Source: an uncultured Clostridium sp.
GTDB taxonomy: Bacteria > Bacillota_I > Bacilli_A > RF39 > UBA660
Assembly (NCBI GenBank): GCA_946414595.1
Contig: CAMKPE010000005.1
Span: forward strand, 704-64,703
DNA length: 64,000 nucleotides
Direction: 5' to 3'
Under the pieces are notes generated by a model. It did not search any database. It saw nothing but the letters and a program-made list of their open reading frames with translations, and was not told the DNA's origin. The position numbers were made by a program, and so were the translations under genes. This document shows, one piece after another, positions 27,456 through 35,950 of the stretch; within the stretch, counting starts at the first letter, position 1; each line of letters begins with the position of its first letter.

Positions 27456-27755
27456 ATGAAACTACAAGCTAAATATGATGATATAGATAAATTAGGTATA
27501 GAGATAAATAATAAAAAAGAAGAGATAGATAATATCTTAAAGAATATTGAAAAAATGCTTGATGAAGTAGAAACAGCATGGACTGGAACAGATAGTGATA
27601 CATATGTTAAAGGTACTAAAGAAATAATAGATGCAGAAAAAGCAAGAGCAGAAAAGATTAGATTAATAAGTGATGCATTAAGATACTCTGCAGCGAAGTA
27701 TAAAAATAATGATGAAGAAGGATCTTCAACTTTCAAAAATGAGGAGATTAACTAA
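27456..27755 (+). CDS. WXG100-family (EsxA-like) small helical protein, module 1
   Basis: 99 aa with a central W-x-G (VETAWTGTDSDTY) between two predicted helices. GAGGGTG SD. Confidence 0.7.
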   Translation: MKLQAKYDDIDKLGIEINNKKEEIDNILKNIEKMLDEVETAWTGTDSDTYVKGTKEIIDAEKARAEKIRLISDALRYSAAKYKNNDEEGSSTFKNEEIN

Positions 27756-28081
27756 TGAATAACTTACAGTTTGATCAAGCAAAACTACAAGATATTCTTA
27801 ATAATTTAGAAAAGAATATAGAAGATTTAAAAAGTACCTATAATGAAATAGCAAAAGAAATGACTGTTATAGATGGGACAAACGATATATGGAAAAGCGA
27901 TACCCAAAAAACAGTACATGAATATTATAAAGAAGTAGAAAAAGACTTCGAAGAAAGCGTACAAAACTTAAATAATTGTAAAGAATTTTTAAAAGCAACT
28001 ATAGATAACTATAGTAATAGTATTGCATCTAATCAAAAGAATGCAGAAGATAGTGGAGATAGCTTAGAAATAAATAATTAA
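27755..28081 (+). CDS. Second small helical WXG100-like/Lap-like partner protein, module 1
   Basis: 108 aa with central DIWKSDTQK. TAATG coupling to the previous gene. Confidence 0.6.
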   Translation: MNNLQFDQAKLQDILNNLEKNIEDLKSTYNEIAKEMTVIDGTNDIWKSDTQKTVHEYYKEVEKDFEESVQNLNNCKEFLKATIDNYSNSIASNQKNAEDSGDSLEINN

Positions 28082-28095
28082 GGAGGTGTGTTATT

Positions 28096-29448
28096 ATGTC
28101 ACAACATTATAAAGAATCATATAAAACTTATTATGAAAAATTAACTGCACACTCTCCAGATACAGACACTATTGAAGAAAAAGTACTAGAACTAGATGAG
28201 AATGCTAAGAAACTTGAAAGTGAAATAAGTGGATTTACTTGGAAAGAATTAGCAAGAGATGAAGTTAAAAATAGTATTATTCCTAGATTAAATAGTAGAG
28301 TATCAGTTTATTTAGAAAATATAAATAATCATTTATTGCCAGCAGCTTACAAAGCAAATAATGAATTATATCCACTTCTTAAAGACATTAAAACTAAGAG
28401 TGAAGAATATGATGCATTATTTAATGAAATAGAAGCAAATAGTGAAAATGATGTTGATACATCTAGTCTTAAAGAAAAGTTAACTACTTTAGATCAAGAG
28501 ATGAATCAAATATCAACTGATATTGATAAAGTAGTTAATGAAATTAAATCACTTGGAGACTTAAAAGAATTAGAAGGAAGTAGTGTAGTTGAAAACATAA
28601 CAAAAAATGAAGTACCAACTACACCAGCACAAGAGAATAATAGTTATATAGAAACATTTAACTATGATAATAGAGACTTCCCTAATATAGAAACAAATAG
28701 TGTTTATGTAGCAGATGAACCTTTATCAGATGAAGCTGCAGCTGAAACAAAGAAAAAGATTAGAACTAGAAAGAAATGTATTATTGGAACAGATATAGTA
28801 GAAGAGTTCTTAAAGATAAAAAGAAGACTTGATAAAGAAAGACAAAGTGAAGAATTACCTGCTGTTCCAATTAAGTCATCTTCTACATTTGATTTTTCAA
28901 ATAATAATAATGTTAAGAAATGGTCTGGTTTTAATAAGGATTGGGTTGTTGTTGATACAACATTTGCAATTGACAAGTATCAATCTTATGCTTACAGTAA
29001 AGGAATAAGACAAGATAGTAATGCTGGAAGATATGGAGATTTATGTTTGGCGTTTAGTTATGTTCATGCATCAAACTTAAAAAGCGGATCAACTGGTGAT
29101 ACTGCAGAATCAGCATTTAACTGGGATCATGCAGGAGAATTTAAAGATTATTTTTCCAATAGTAAAGGTGATACATTATCAACTATCTATAATGAAGTAA
29201 CAAAAGGAAATCCAGTAATATTACAAGTTAATGGTAATAAAGAAGGAACACATAGACATTTTGTTACTGTAGTAGGATTTAAAAATACAGTAACAGATGC
29301 TAGTAAATTAAAAGAATCTGACTTATTAATATTAGATAGTTGGGATGGACAACTTGAAACAATGGATAGTAGTAGCTCTAGATTTATGACAACTGGAGCA
29401 CAAACAAATAAGAGTTACAGTGGGTATTATTTAAGAATATGTAAATAG
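28096..29448 (+). CDS. Putative polymorphic effector: helical LXG/WXG-like N-terminus plus C-terminal papain-fold Cys-His-Asp domain, module 1
   Basis: AAGGAGGTG SD. The N-terminus has YKTYYEKL...FTWKELARDEV...LLP. The C-terminus has GDLCLAFS (Cys317, nt 29044-29046), RHFVTVVGF and LILDSWDG. Confidence 0.65.
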   Translation: MSQHYKESYKTYYEKLTAHSPDTDTIEEKVLELDENAKKLESEISGFTWKELARDEVKNSIIPRLNSRVSVYLENINNHLLPAAYKANNELYPLLKDIKTKSEEYDALFNEIEANSENDVDTSSLKEKLTTLDQEMNQISTDIDKVVNEIKSLGDLKELEGSSVVENITKNEVPTTPAQENNSYIETFNYDNRDFPNIETNSVYVADEPLSDEAAAETKKKIRTRKKCIIGTDIVEEFLKIKRRLDKERQSEELPAVPIKSSSTFDFSNNNNVKKWSGFNKDWVVVDTTFAIDKYQSYAYSKGIRQDSNAGRYGDLCLAFSYVHASNLKSGSTGDTAESAFNWDHAGEFKDYFSNSKGDTLSTIYNEVTKGNPVILQVNGNKEGTHRHFVTVVGFKNTVTDASKLKESDLLILDSWDGQLETMDSSSSRFMTTGAQTNKSYSGYYLRICK

Positions 29449-29459
29449 TGGAGGAAAAC

Positions 29460-30368
29460 ATGGCTATAAGAAAAAACACAGTTTCAATTGATAGTGATAC
29501 GTTAAATAGTGTTGTTAGTAATTTGAATAGTTCAGCAAGCACTCTAGAAAGTGATGTAGGATCAAAATTACCAGGTAATTTTGAAGCATTATCTAAAGCA
29601 GGGCTATACACAAATGGACTATCAAAAATTAAACAACAAATTGAATACGTTTCATCAATGGAAAAAGAATTAGCTAGTGATGTATCTAAGCATCTTGACG
29701 AATCTGTAGATACAGAAGAAGAACTTACAAATAAATTTAAAACCCACGGAAAATATGATGCCGATAATGGGCATAATGGTGGTAACAACCATGATTCAGG
29801 AGATAATTCTGATAACCAAGTTGACGATGGAAAGAAAGTTAATAGCACAAAACTAATGGATAACATTAAAGCAATTGATGCTACTAATGTAGAAAAACTA
29901 GTTAACTTTATTAATGTATACAAAGAAAAAGATTCACTTGTATCACTAATCTTTAACCATGAAAAATCTCAAAAGCTAGGTAATATAATTTTGAAAGCAT
30001 TTGGATATGAAGAATTCTCAAGTATTACCGAAAGCGAATATAAAGAAATACAAAAGACTTTAATAGATAAATTATTTGAACAAGAAACAATACCAACAAA
30101 ATTACAATATAATACGATACTTTCTGCAAAAGAATATTTAGTACAAGTAGCACAAAAGAATAATATTAAGGTAAGTGAACTTCTTGTTGAAGATAAACAT
30201 GAGAATATATTAAGAGAATCATTAAAGAATTTATATGCTGGTAATGTAAAAGACTATAATGTATCTGAACAAACAGTAAGTAGCTTTAGAACATATATAG
30301 ATGGAATTGCTAGTGATAATAATATTACTTATGATAAAGTGTTTGATAATTTAAAACTATTGTTTTAG
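29460..30368 (+). CDS. Module 2 lead protein (302 aa), paralogue of 26540-27454
   Basis: GGAGGA SD precedes ATG 29460. Same size and N-terminal pattern as 26540-27454. Confidence 0.6.
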   Translation: MAIRKNTVSIDSDTLNSVVSNLNSSASTLESDVGSKLPGNFEALSKAGLYTNGLSKIKQQIEYVSSMEKELASDVSKHLDESVDTEEELTNKFKTHGKYDADNGHNGGNNHDSGDNSDNQVDDGKKVNSTKLMDNIKAIDATNVEKLVNFINVYKEKDSLVSLIFNHEKSQKLGNIILKAFGYEEFSSITESEYKEIQKTLIDKLFEQETIPTKLQYNTILSAKEYLVQVAQKNNIKVSELLVEDKHENILRESLKNLYAGNVKDYNVSEQTVSSFRTYIDGIASDNNITYDKVFDNLKLLF

Positions 30369-30377
30369 GAGGCATCT

Positions 30378-30707
30378 ATGATATTTAAAGTTGATTATGA
30401 TTATGTAGATGAAACAGGTAAAAATGTTTTAACAGAAGTAAATAAACTTGAAACAAATAGACAGAACTTATTAACATACCTAGATGAACTTGGTGAGTCT
30501 TGGTCTGGCTCTGACTATGATGAGTTTAAAGAAAATGCTAAAACATATATTGATAATTTAAAAATAAAATTTGAAGAATTAGAATACATGTCTGGTTTTA
30601 TGAGATATGCTTCTAAAAGGTATTCAAATAATGATGATAAATGGGCTGATAAACTTAAAGAATATAGAAATAAGGATGAAGAAAAATGGCTATTGGAAAC
30701 CAAATAA
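30378..30707 (+). CDS. WXG100-family small helical protein, module 2
   Basis: 109 aa with GESWSGSDYDEF centrally placed. TAGGAGG SD. Confidence 0.7.
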   Translation: MIFKVDYDYVDETGKNVLTEVNKLETNRQNLLTYLDELGESWSGSDYDEFKENAKTYIDNLKIKFEELEYMSGFMRYASKRYSNNDDKWADKLKEYRNKDEEKWLLETK

Positions 30708-31012
30708 AAGCAACTGAATTCGAAGAAACAAAAAATAAGTTTATCAAAGCCACACAAGAAATTGAATCATCTTTAAAAAGAATAGAAGAATTAATGAAGC
30801 CTATAGATGGAAATAATGAAAATTGGTCTGGTAAGACAGCTAAAGCAGTAGTAGAGAAGTATGCTGAGTTTAGAGATAATTTTGATGAAATAAACTCTAA
30901 GTTAGCAGATTACGGAAGTTATCTAAATAAAACATTAGAAAATTATACAAATGCTATGGCAAAGAGTGAAGCTACAATAGCAATAACAGAAGATAATTTT
31001 AACGTAAGTTAG
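30686..31012 (+). CDS. Second small helical WXG100-like/Lap-like partner protein, module 2
   Basis: 108 aa with NENWSGKTAKAV. 22-nt overlap with the preceding gene. Confidence 0.6.
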   Translation: MAIGNQIKATEFEETKNKFIKATQEIESSLKRIEELMKPIDGNNENWSGKTAKAVVEKYAEFRDNFDEINSKLADYGSYLNKTLENYTNAMAKSEATIAITEDNFNVS

Positions 31013-31031
31013 AATAAGTTGGGAGGAGCAT

Positions 31032-32219
31032 ATGGCAACATATTTTATAGATCCATATACAAAATATTATGATGCTTTAAAAGGTGCACAAATAATCGCT
31101 TCAGAAAGTGAAGCAATGGCATCTAAAGTATCTGATAGCATGAGTTCAGTTGATCGATTATCCTCAATCGTATCAACATCTGATTGGAAAGAAAAAGGTG
31201 CAACAGAATTAACAAGCACAACTATTTCTAATCTAAAAGGATGTATACAAACAATTGAGAATAATATAACTAATTCTTTAAAAGCAGCATGTGATATTGC
31301 CATAAATAGTCTGCTTCCAGAATTAGAAGGTTTAAAAACTGAAGATGAAACATATGACGCTGTTACTACTGAATTAAATAATTTAGTTGTACCAATGCAA
31401 TATGATGATGAAGGGTATATAACAAGCGCATATCTAGAATATAAAGATACAAAGAGTAGATTAACAAGTGAACAAAATAGAGCAAAGACAAAGTGCATTG
31501 AACATCAAACTAATGCTAGAACATACGCTGATCAAGTAAAAGCAAAAGATGGGGCTCTAGAAGAAATTAAGCAAAAAGTTTCAACAGGAGGCGGAGGTAC
31601 TGGTACTCTTACAGTTCTTGATTATGATGCAAATAGTAATTTAATTAAAGTATCATACAATGGACAAGAGTTCTATGTAGTAAATACTAAGACTTCTGTT
31701 ATAGAATATGAAGAATATGTTCAAAAGAATAAATGTACTCAAAATGGTGGTATTCTAGGTGGAGAATGTATGCTTTTATCACAATATTATGCAGTAGACT
31801 TATTAAGAGGAACATTTACATCAAGAGATGATATGGCACAAGCAAAAGGTTCTCCAGCAACACGAATTAACGATTATGTTAGTTCACCTGATGAGGATGA
31901 TGTTTTAGAGTATATATATACTGAGGCATTAGCAGGAAGACCAACTGTATTACAAGTTACTCAAGTTAGATCTGACGAAGGTTTAAGACACTTAGTTACA
32001 GTAGTAGGTTTTGATTCAAGTGTAAAAAGTTATAAAGACCTAACACCAGATAATATATTGGTTTTAGACTGTGTTGATGGTAAGATTCAAACATTAGGAC
32101 AAGCAAGAGCTGAAGGTGGTCATGCTAGAAGTCTATTTGCACAAGGTGGTAAATACTTTGCAAGAGGTGCAACAGATGGCTTCTTAAGCAAAGAGGTATA
32201 TACTACAAAGAACGCATAA
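31032..32219 (+). CDS. Putative polymorphic effector, module 2 (helical N-terminus plus papain-fold C-terminal domain)
   Basis: GGGAGGAG SD. YTKYYDAL...SDWKEKGATEL...LLP at the N-terminus. GGECMLLS (Cys246, nt 31767-31769), RHLVTVVGF and LVLDCVDG are colinear with the 28096-29448 product. Confidence 0.65.
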   Translation: MATYFIDPYTKYYDALKGAQIIASESEAMASKVSDSMSSVDRLSSIVSTSDWKEKGATELTSTTISNLKGCIQTIENNITNSLKAACDIAINSLLPELEGLKTEDETYDAVTTELNNLVVPMQYDDEGYITSAYLEYKDTKSRLTSEQNRAKTKCIEHQTNARTYADQVKAKDGALEEIKQKVSTGGGGTGTLTVLDYDANSNLIKVSYNGQEFYVVNTKTSVIEYEEYVQKNKCTQNGGILGGECMLLSQYYAVDLLRGTFTSRDDMAQAKGSPATRINDYVSSPDEDDVLEYIYTEALAGRPTVLQVTQVRSDEGLRHLVTVVGFDSSVKSYKDLTPDNILVLDCVDGKIQTLGQARAEGGHARSLFAQGGKYFARGATDGFLSKEVYTTKNA

Positions 32220-32233
32220 ATATAAATAAATTG

Positions 32234-32262
32234 TTGACTTTTAGAATAAATTATTATATAAT
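32234..32262 (+). promoter_or_regulatory. Sigma-A-type promoter of the infC operon
   Basis: TTGACT(32234-32239)-17 nt-TATAAT(32257-32262). Confidence 0.6.
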
Positions 32263-32268
32263 CAAAAA

Positions 32269-32400
32269 CGTAATAAAAAAGGAAAGAGATGTATCCACAT
32301 CCACCTGATTGCGAAAAGCTTTGGGTAAAATGCCAAGAAGAAACAATAATTACAACGTTTTTATGGTATTAAAAGTGGATATATTATGTCCACTTTTTTA
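32269..32400 (+). promoter_or_regulatory. Ribosomal protein L20-type leader with intrinsic terminator (infC-rpmI-rplT attenuator)
   Basis: A ~130-nt untranslated leader lies between the promoter and infC. It ends in the hairpin aaaagtgga/tccactttt (32371-32397) plus a T-run, just before the infC SD. In Firmicutes this operon is regulated by an L20-binding leader. Confidence 0.55.
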
Positions 32401-32422
32401 TATTTTATTGGAGGTGTTTTAT

Positions 32423-32953
32423 ATAGCAAACTCAAAAAATGATTTGTTAATAAATGAACAAATCAAAGTTCCACAAGTTTTAGTAATTGGTCCCAATGGG
32501 GAACAAACAGGTGTTAAGTCAATTAATGACGCATTAACACTAGCAAATTATGCAAGTTTGGATTTAGTATTAATAGGTCCAAATGGTAATCCACCAGTAT
32601 GTAAGCTAATGGATTACAAAAAGTATAAGTATGAAAAGAATAAAAGGGAGAAAGACGCTCTTAAGAAACAAAGAGCATCTATGCAAGAGGTTAAAGAATT
32701 TAGATTGTCTCCATCTATTGATGTAGGTGATTTTGAAACCAAAGTAAAACAAGTTACTAAGTACCTTGAAAAAGGTGACAAGATAAAAGTAACTATTCGT
32801 TTTAAAGGAAGACAAATGGCTCATACAGAATTAGGGAGCGATGTTTTAGTGCGCTTTGCAGAAAGACTAAAAGACATCTCTGAAATCGAATCTCAACCAA
32901 AACTTGATGGAAGAAATATGATTATGTTATTAATGCCAAAGAAAACAAAGTAG
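32423..32953 (+). CDS. infC: Translation initiation factor IF-3
   Basis: INEQIKVPQVLVIGPNGEQTGV...LDLVLI...PPVCKLMDYKKYKYE are IF-3 hallmarks. GGAGGTG (32410-32416) is followed by an in-frame ATA at 32423, and IF-3 genes classically use AUU/AUA starts. The ORF-track extension back to 32309 is leader RNA. Confidence 0.85.
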   Translation: MANSKNDLLINEQIKVPQVLVIGPNGEQTGVKSINDALTLANYASLDLVLIGPNGNPPVCKLMDYKKYKYEKNKREKDALKKQRASMQEVKEFRLSPSIDVGDFETKVKQVTKYLEKGDKIKVTIRFKGRQMAHTELGSDVLVRFAERLKDISEIESQPKLDGRNMIMLLMPKKTK

Positions 32954-32965
32954 GAGGAATATACG

Positions 32966-33154
32966 ATGGGTAAAGTAAAAAAACATAAAGGATTAAGTAA
33001 AGTTCTTAAAGTTAGAAAATCTGGAACTATTACATTACGTCCAACTGGATTAAATCATAAAACAGGAAAGAAAAGTGGAGCTGTAAATAGAGCTAAGAGA
33101 AAGAATGCTCAATTAAGTAAGGCAGACTTCAAGAGATTAAAGAAAGTTATCTAA
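32966..33154 (+). CDS. rpmI: 50S ribosomal protein L35
   Basis: Basic 62-aa protein (MGKVKKHKGLSKVLKV...DFKRLKKVI). Confidence 0.9.
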   Translation: MGKVKKHKGLSKVLKVRKSGTITLRPTGLNHKTGKKSGAVNRAKRKNAQLSKADFKRLKKVI

Positions 33155-33169
33155 TAAGGAGGAGTTAAA

Positions 33170-33778
33170 ATGGCAAGAGTAAAGAATAGTGTAACAACAA
33201 GAGCACGTCATAAAAAAGTTCTTAAAGCTGCTAAAGGATACTTTGGAAGCAAACATAGATTATATAAGACTGCTAAAGAACAATTAATGCATTCTGGACA
33301 ATATGCATTTAGAGACAGACGTCAAAAGAAAAGAGATTTTAGAAAATTATGGATTACAAGAATTAACGCTGCATGTCGTGAAAACGAAATCAGTTATTCT
33401 AGATTCATTGAAGGATTAAACAAAGCTGGAGTTGAAGTTAACAGAAAGATGTTATCTGAAATAGCTATCGCTGATCCAAAAGCATTTGCAGAATTAGTTA
33501 AAACTGCTAAGAATGGATTAGAAGGAAAAGTTAAAGCAGCTAAAGTTGAAAGCAAAAAAGAAGTTGAAGTTGTAAAAGCAACTAAGGCTAAAGCAGAAAA
33601 GAAAGAAACTGCTAAAGAAGAAAAAGAGGAAAAACCAGTTAAAAAAGCAGCAGCACCTAAGAAGGCAGCAGCTACTAAAAAAGAAGAAAAAATAGAAGAA
33701 AAAGCACCTGCTAAAAAAGCACCTGCAAAGAAAACTACAACAGCTAAGAAAACAACTACAAAAAAAGAAACTAAATAA
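33170..33778 (+). CDS. rplT: 50S ribosomal protein L20 with an ~84-aa K/A/E/T-rich C-terminal extension
   Basis: The first ~118 aa form a canonical L20 core ([19 protein letters not shown]...RINAACRE...). The protein then continues to 202 aa with AKK/KKE/TTKK low-complexity sequence. Confidence 0.9.
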   Translation: MARVKNSVTTRARHKKVLKAAKGYFGSKHRLYKTAKEQLMHSGQYAFRDRRQKKRDFRKLWITRINAACRENEISYSRFIEGLNKAGVEVNRKMLSEIAIADPKAFAELVKTAKNGLEGKVKAAKVESKKEVEVVKATKAKAEKKETAKEEKEEKPVKKAAAPKKAAATKKEEKIEEKAPAKKAPAKKTTTAKKTTTKKETK

Positions 33779-33865
33779 GCATATTAATGGATTTAATTAC
33801 CTAGTGCCAGTTTGGTGGTATTATTAGAAATTAATAGAAGATAAAAACGAAAAGGAGAAAGTATT

Positions 33866-34927
33866 ATGACAGTAGTGTCAATGAATTATTTATTAGAAGC
33901 AGGAGTTCACTTCGGACATCAAAAGAGAAGATGGAACCCAAAAATGAAGGAGTATATTTATACTTCAAGAGATGATATTTATATTATCGACTTACAAAAA
34001 ACTCAAAAGAAGATTGAAGAAGCTTATGAAGCAATGAAAGAGATTGCAGCAAATGAAGGAAAAATCTTATTTGTTGGAACTAAGAAACAAGCTCAAGAAG
34101 CTGCAGAAGAAAGTGCTACAAGAACTAACATGTATTTCGTAAATGAAAGATGGTTAGGTGGAACACTTACTAACTTCAAGACAATTAGATCAAGAATCAA
34201 AAGATTAGATGAAATCGAAAAGATGGAAGCTGACGGAACTTTTGATAAATATGAAAAGAAAGAAGTTATTAAATTCAAGAAGGAATACGAAAAGTTAAAT
34301 AAGAACTTAAGAGGAATCAGAGAAATGAAGAAACTTCCTGATGCTCTAGTAATCGTAGATCCAAGAAAAGAAGAAATAGCTATTAAAGAAGCAAGAAAGT
34401 TAAACATTCCAGTATTTGGAGTTGTAGATACTAACTGTGACCCAGATATGGTTGATTATGTTATTCCAGGAAATGACGATGCTGTAAGAAGTGTTAAATT
34501 AATGATTGGAGCACTTACTAACGCTATCGCTGAAGTAAATGGAAACGAAATAATCGATTATGTTACTGAAGAAGATAAAAACAAGGCAGCAGGAAAAGGA
34601 AAGAAAGATGACGTTAATGAATTCGTTGAATCTCTAGAAAGAGAAATCAAAGTTGAAAAAGACGACATTGATTCTGAAGAAAAAATAGAAAAGTCTAAGA
34701 AACCTGCAAAGAAAGCTAAAGTAGAAGAAAAAGAAGAAGTTAAGGAAGAACCTAAGAAAGAAAAGAAACCAGCTAAAGAAAAAGCTGTAAAAGAAGAAAA
34801 AGTTGAAGAAAAGAAAGATTATTCAGCTATGACTTTAACTGAATTAAAGGAAGCAGCTAAAGAACAAGGAATCAAAGGTTATTCTAAAATGAAAAAAGAA
34901 GAACTTGTTAAAGAATTAAGTAAATAA
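33866..34927 (+). CDS. rpsB: 30S ribosomal protein S2 with a ~120-aa charged C-terminal extension ending in a Rho_N/HeH-like motif
   Basis: The [27 protein letters not shown] core is S2. The protein is 353 aa, against ~235-260 aa typically. The tail ends [32 protein letters not shown]. Confidence 0.9.
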   Translation: MTVVSMNYLLEAGVHFGHQKRRWNPKMKEYIYTSRDDIYIIDLQKTQKKIEEAYEAMKEIAANEGKILFVGTKKQAQEAAEESATRTNMYFVNERWLGGTLTNFKTIRSRIKRLDEIEKMEADGTFDKYEKKEVIKFKKEYEKLNKNLRGIREMKKLPDALVIVDPRKEEIAIKEARKLNIPVFGVVDTNCDPDMVDYVIPGNDDAVRSVKLMIGALTNAIAEVNGNEIIDYVTEEDKNKAAGKGKKDDVNEFVESLEREIKVEKDDIDSEEKIEKSKKPAKKAKVEEKEEVKEEPKKEKKPAKEKAVKEEKVEEKKDYSAMTLTELKEAAKEQGIKGYSKMKKEELVKELSK

Positions 34928-34944
34928 TTGGATTTGAAAGGGAA

Positions 34945-35826
34945 ATGTTTATGTTTAGTGCAGCAGATGTAAAAGAATTAAGAGAAAAAACAGGGGCAGG
35001 TATGCTTGATTGCAAAAAGGCTTTAGAAGCTTCAGAAGGAGATATGACTAAAGCTATAGATTGGTTGAGAGAAAAAGGAATTGCTAAAGCTAGCAAAAAA
35101 GAATCACGTATTGCAGCAGAAGGATTAAGTGAAATTTTTACTGAAGGAAACAAAGCTGTAATATTAGAAGTAAACTCAGAAACTGATTTCGTTGCTAAGA
35201 ATGAAGCATTTACTGATTTTATTAAAACAATTGGAAATGCAATATTAAATAGTGGAGCTACTACTATGGAAGATGCATTAAATATTAAATTAAAAGATGG
35301 ACAAACTATTAGTGAAACTCTAGTTGCATTAATTGCAAAAATTGGAGAAAAAATTAGTTTTAGAAGATTTGAATTAGTTGAAAAAACTAAGAAAGAAGTA
35401 TTTGGTGTTTATTCTCACTTAGGAGGAAAAATATCAGTATTAACTGTACTTGAAGGAGCAAACGCTGAAGTTGCAAAAGATGTTGCTATGCATGCAGCAG
35501 CTATGAGACCTTTATACATGACAAGAGATGAAGTTCCAGAAGAAGTACTTAACCATGAAAGAGAAATCATTAAAGAACAAGCTATTAATGAAGGAAAACT
35601 TGCAGATATAGCTGAAAAGATGGTTAATGGAAGAATTAACAAATACTACAAAGAAGTTTGTTTATTAGAACAAGAATTCATTAAAGATAGTGACAAGAGT
35701 GTTGAACAATATGTTAAAGACAACAAAGGAACTATCAAGAAAATGGTTCGTTACGAAGTAGGAGAAGGAATCGAAAAGAGAAACGATGACTTTGCTGAAG
35801 AAGTAATGAAACAAATCAATGGATAA
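34945..35826 (+). CDS. tsf: Elongation factor Ts
   Basis: VKELREKTGAGMLDCKKALEASEGDMTKAIDWLREKG (UBA-like N-terminus) and the rpsB-tsf order. The start is ATG 34945 or 34951. Confidence 0.92.
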   Translation: MFMFSAADVKELREKTGAGMLDCKKALEASEGDMTKAIDWLREKGIAKASKKESRIAAEGLSEIFTEGNKAVILEVNSETDFVAKNEAFTDFIKTIGNAILNSGATTMEDALNIKLKDGQTISETLVALIAKIGEKISFRRFELVEKTKKEVFGVYSHLGGKISVLTVLEGANAEVAKDVAMHAAAMRPLYMTRDEVPEEVLNHEREIIKEQAINEGKLADIAEKMVNGRINKYYKEVCLLEQEFIKDSDKSVEQYVKDNKGTIKKMVRYEVGEGIEKRNDDFAEEVMKQING

Positions 35827-35827
35827 A

Positions 35828-35856
35828 AAGAATAGATTAAATCTATTCTTTTTTTT
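35828..35856 (+). terminator. Rho-independent terminator
   Basis: 10-bp stem aagaatagat/atctattctt followed by T8. Confidence 0.85.
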
Positions 35857-35950
35857 ACACTTTTTTTCTATTATTGTGTTAAGTAAGGTAAATATCTATT
35901 TATAATTAACTATTTATAAACTATAATTAAGTTAAGATAAAGGAGGATAT

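Noticed and set aside
29384-29923. 179-aa minus-strand ORF (and the similar 31067-31498, 143 aa) inside the effector locus
   Set aside because: Both are antisense to well-supported plus-strand genes that have strong SDs. Neither has an RBS, and their composition is that of shadow frames in AT-rich DNA.
32309-32422. N-terminal 38-codon extension of infC suggested by the ORF track
   Set aside because: It would be translated across the leader terminator hairpin and lacks an SD. It is interpreted as L20-type leader RNA.
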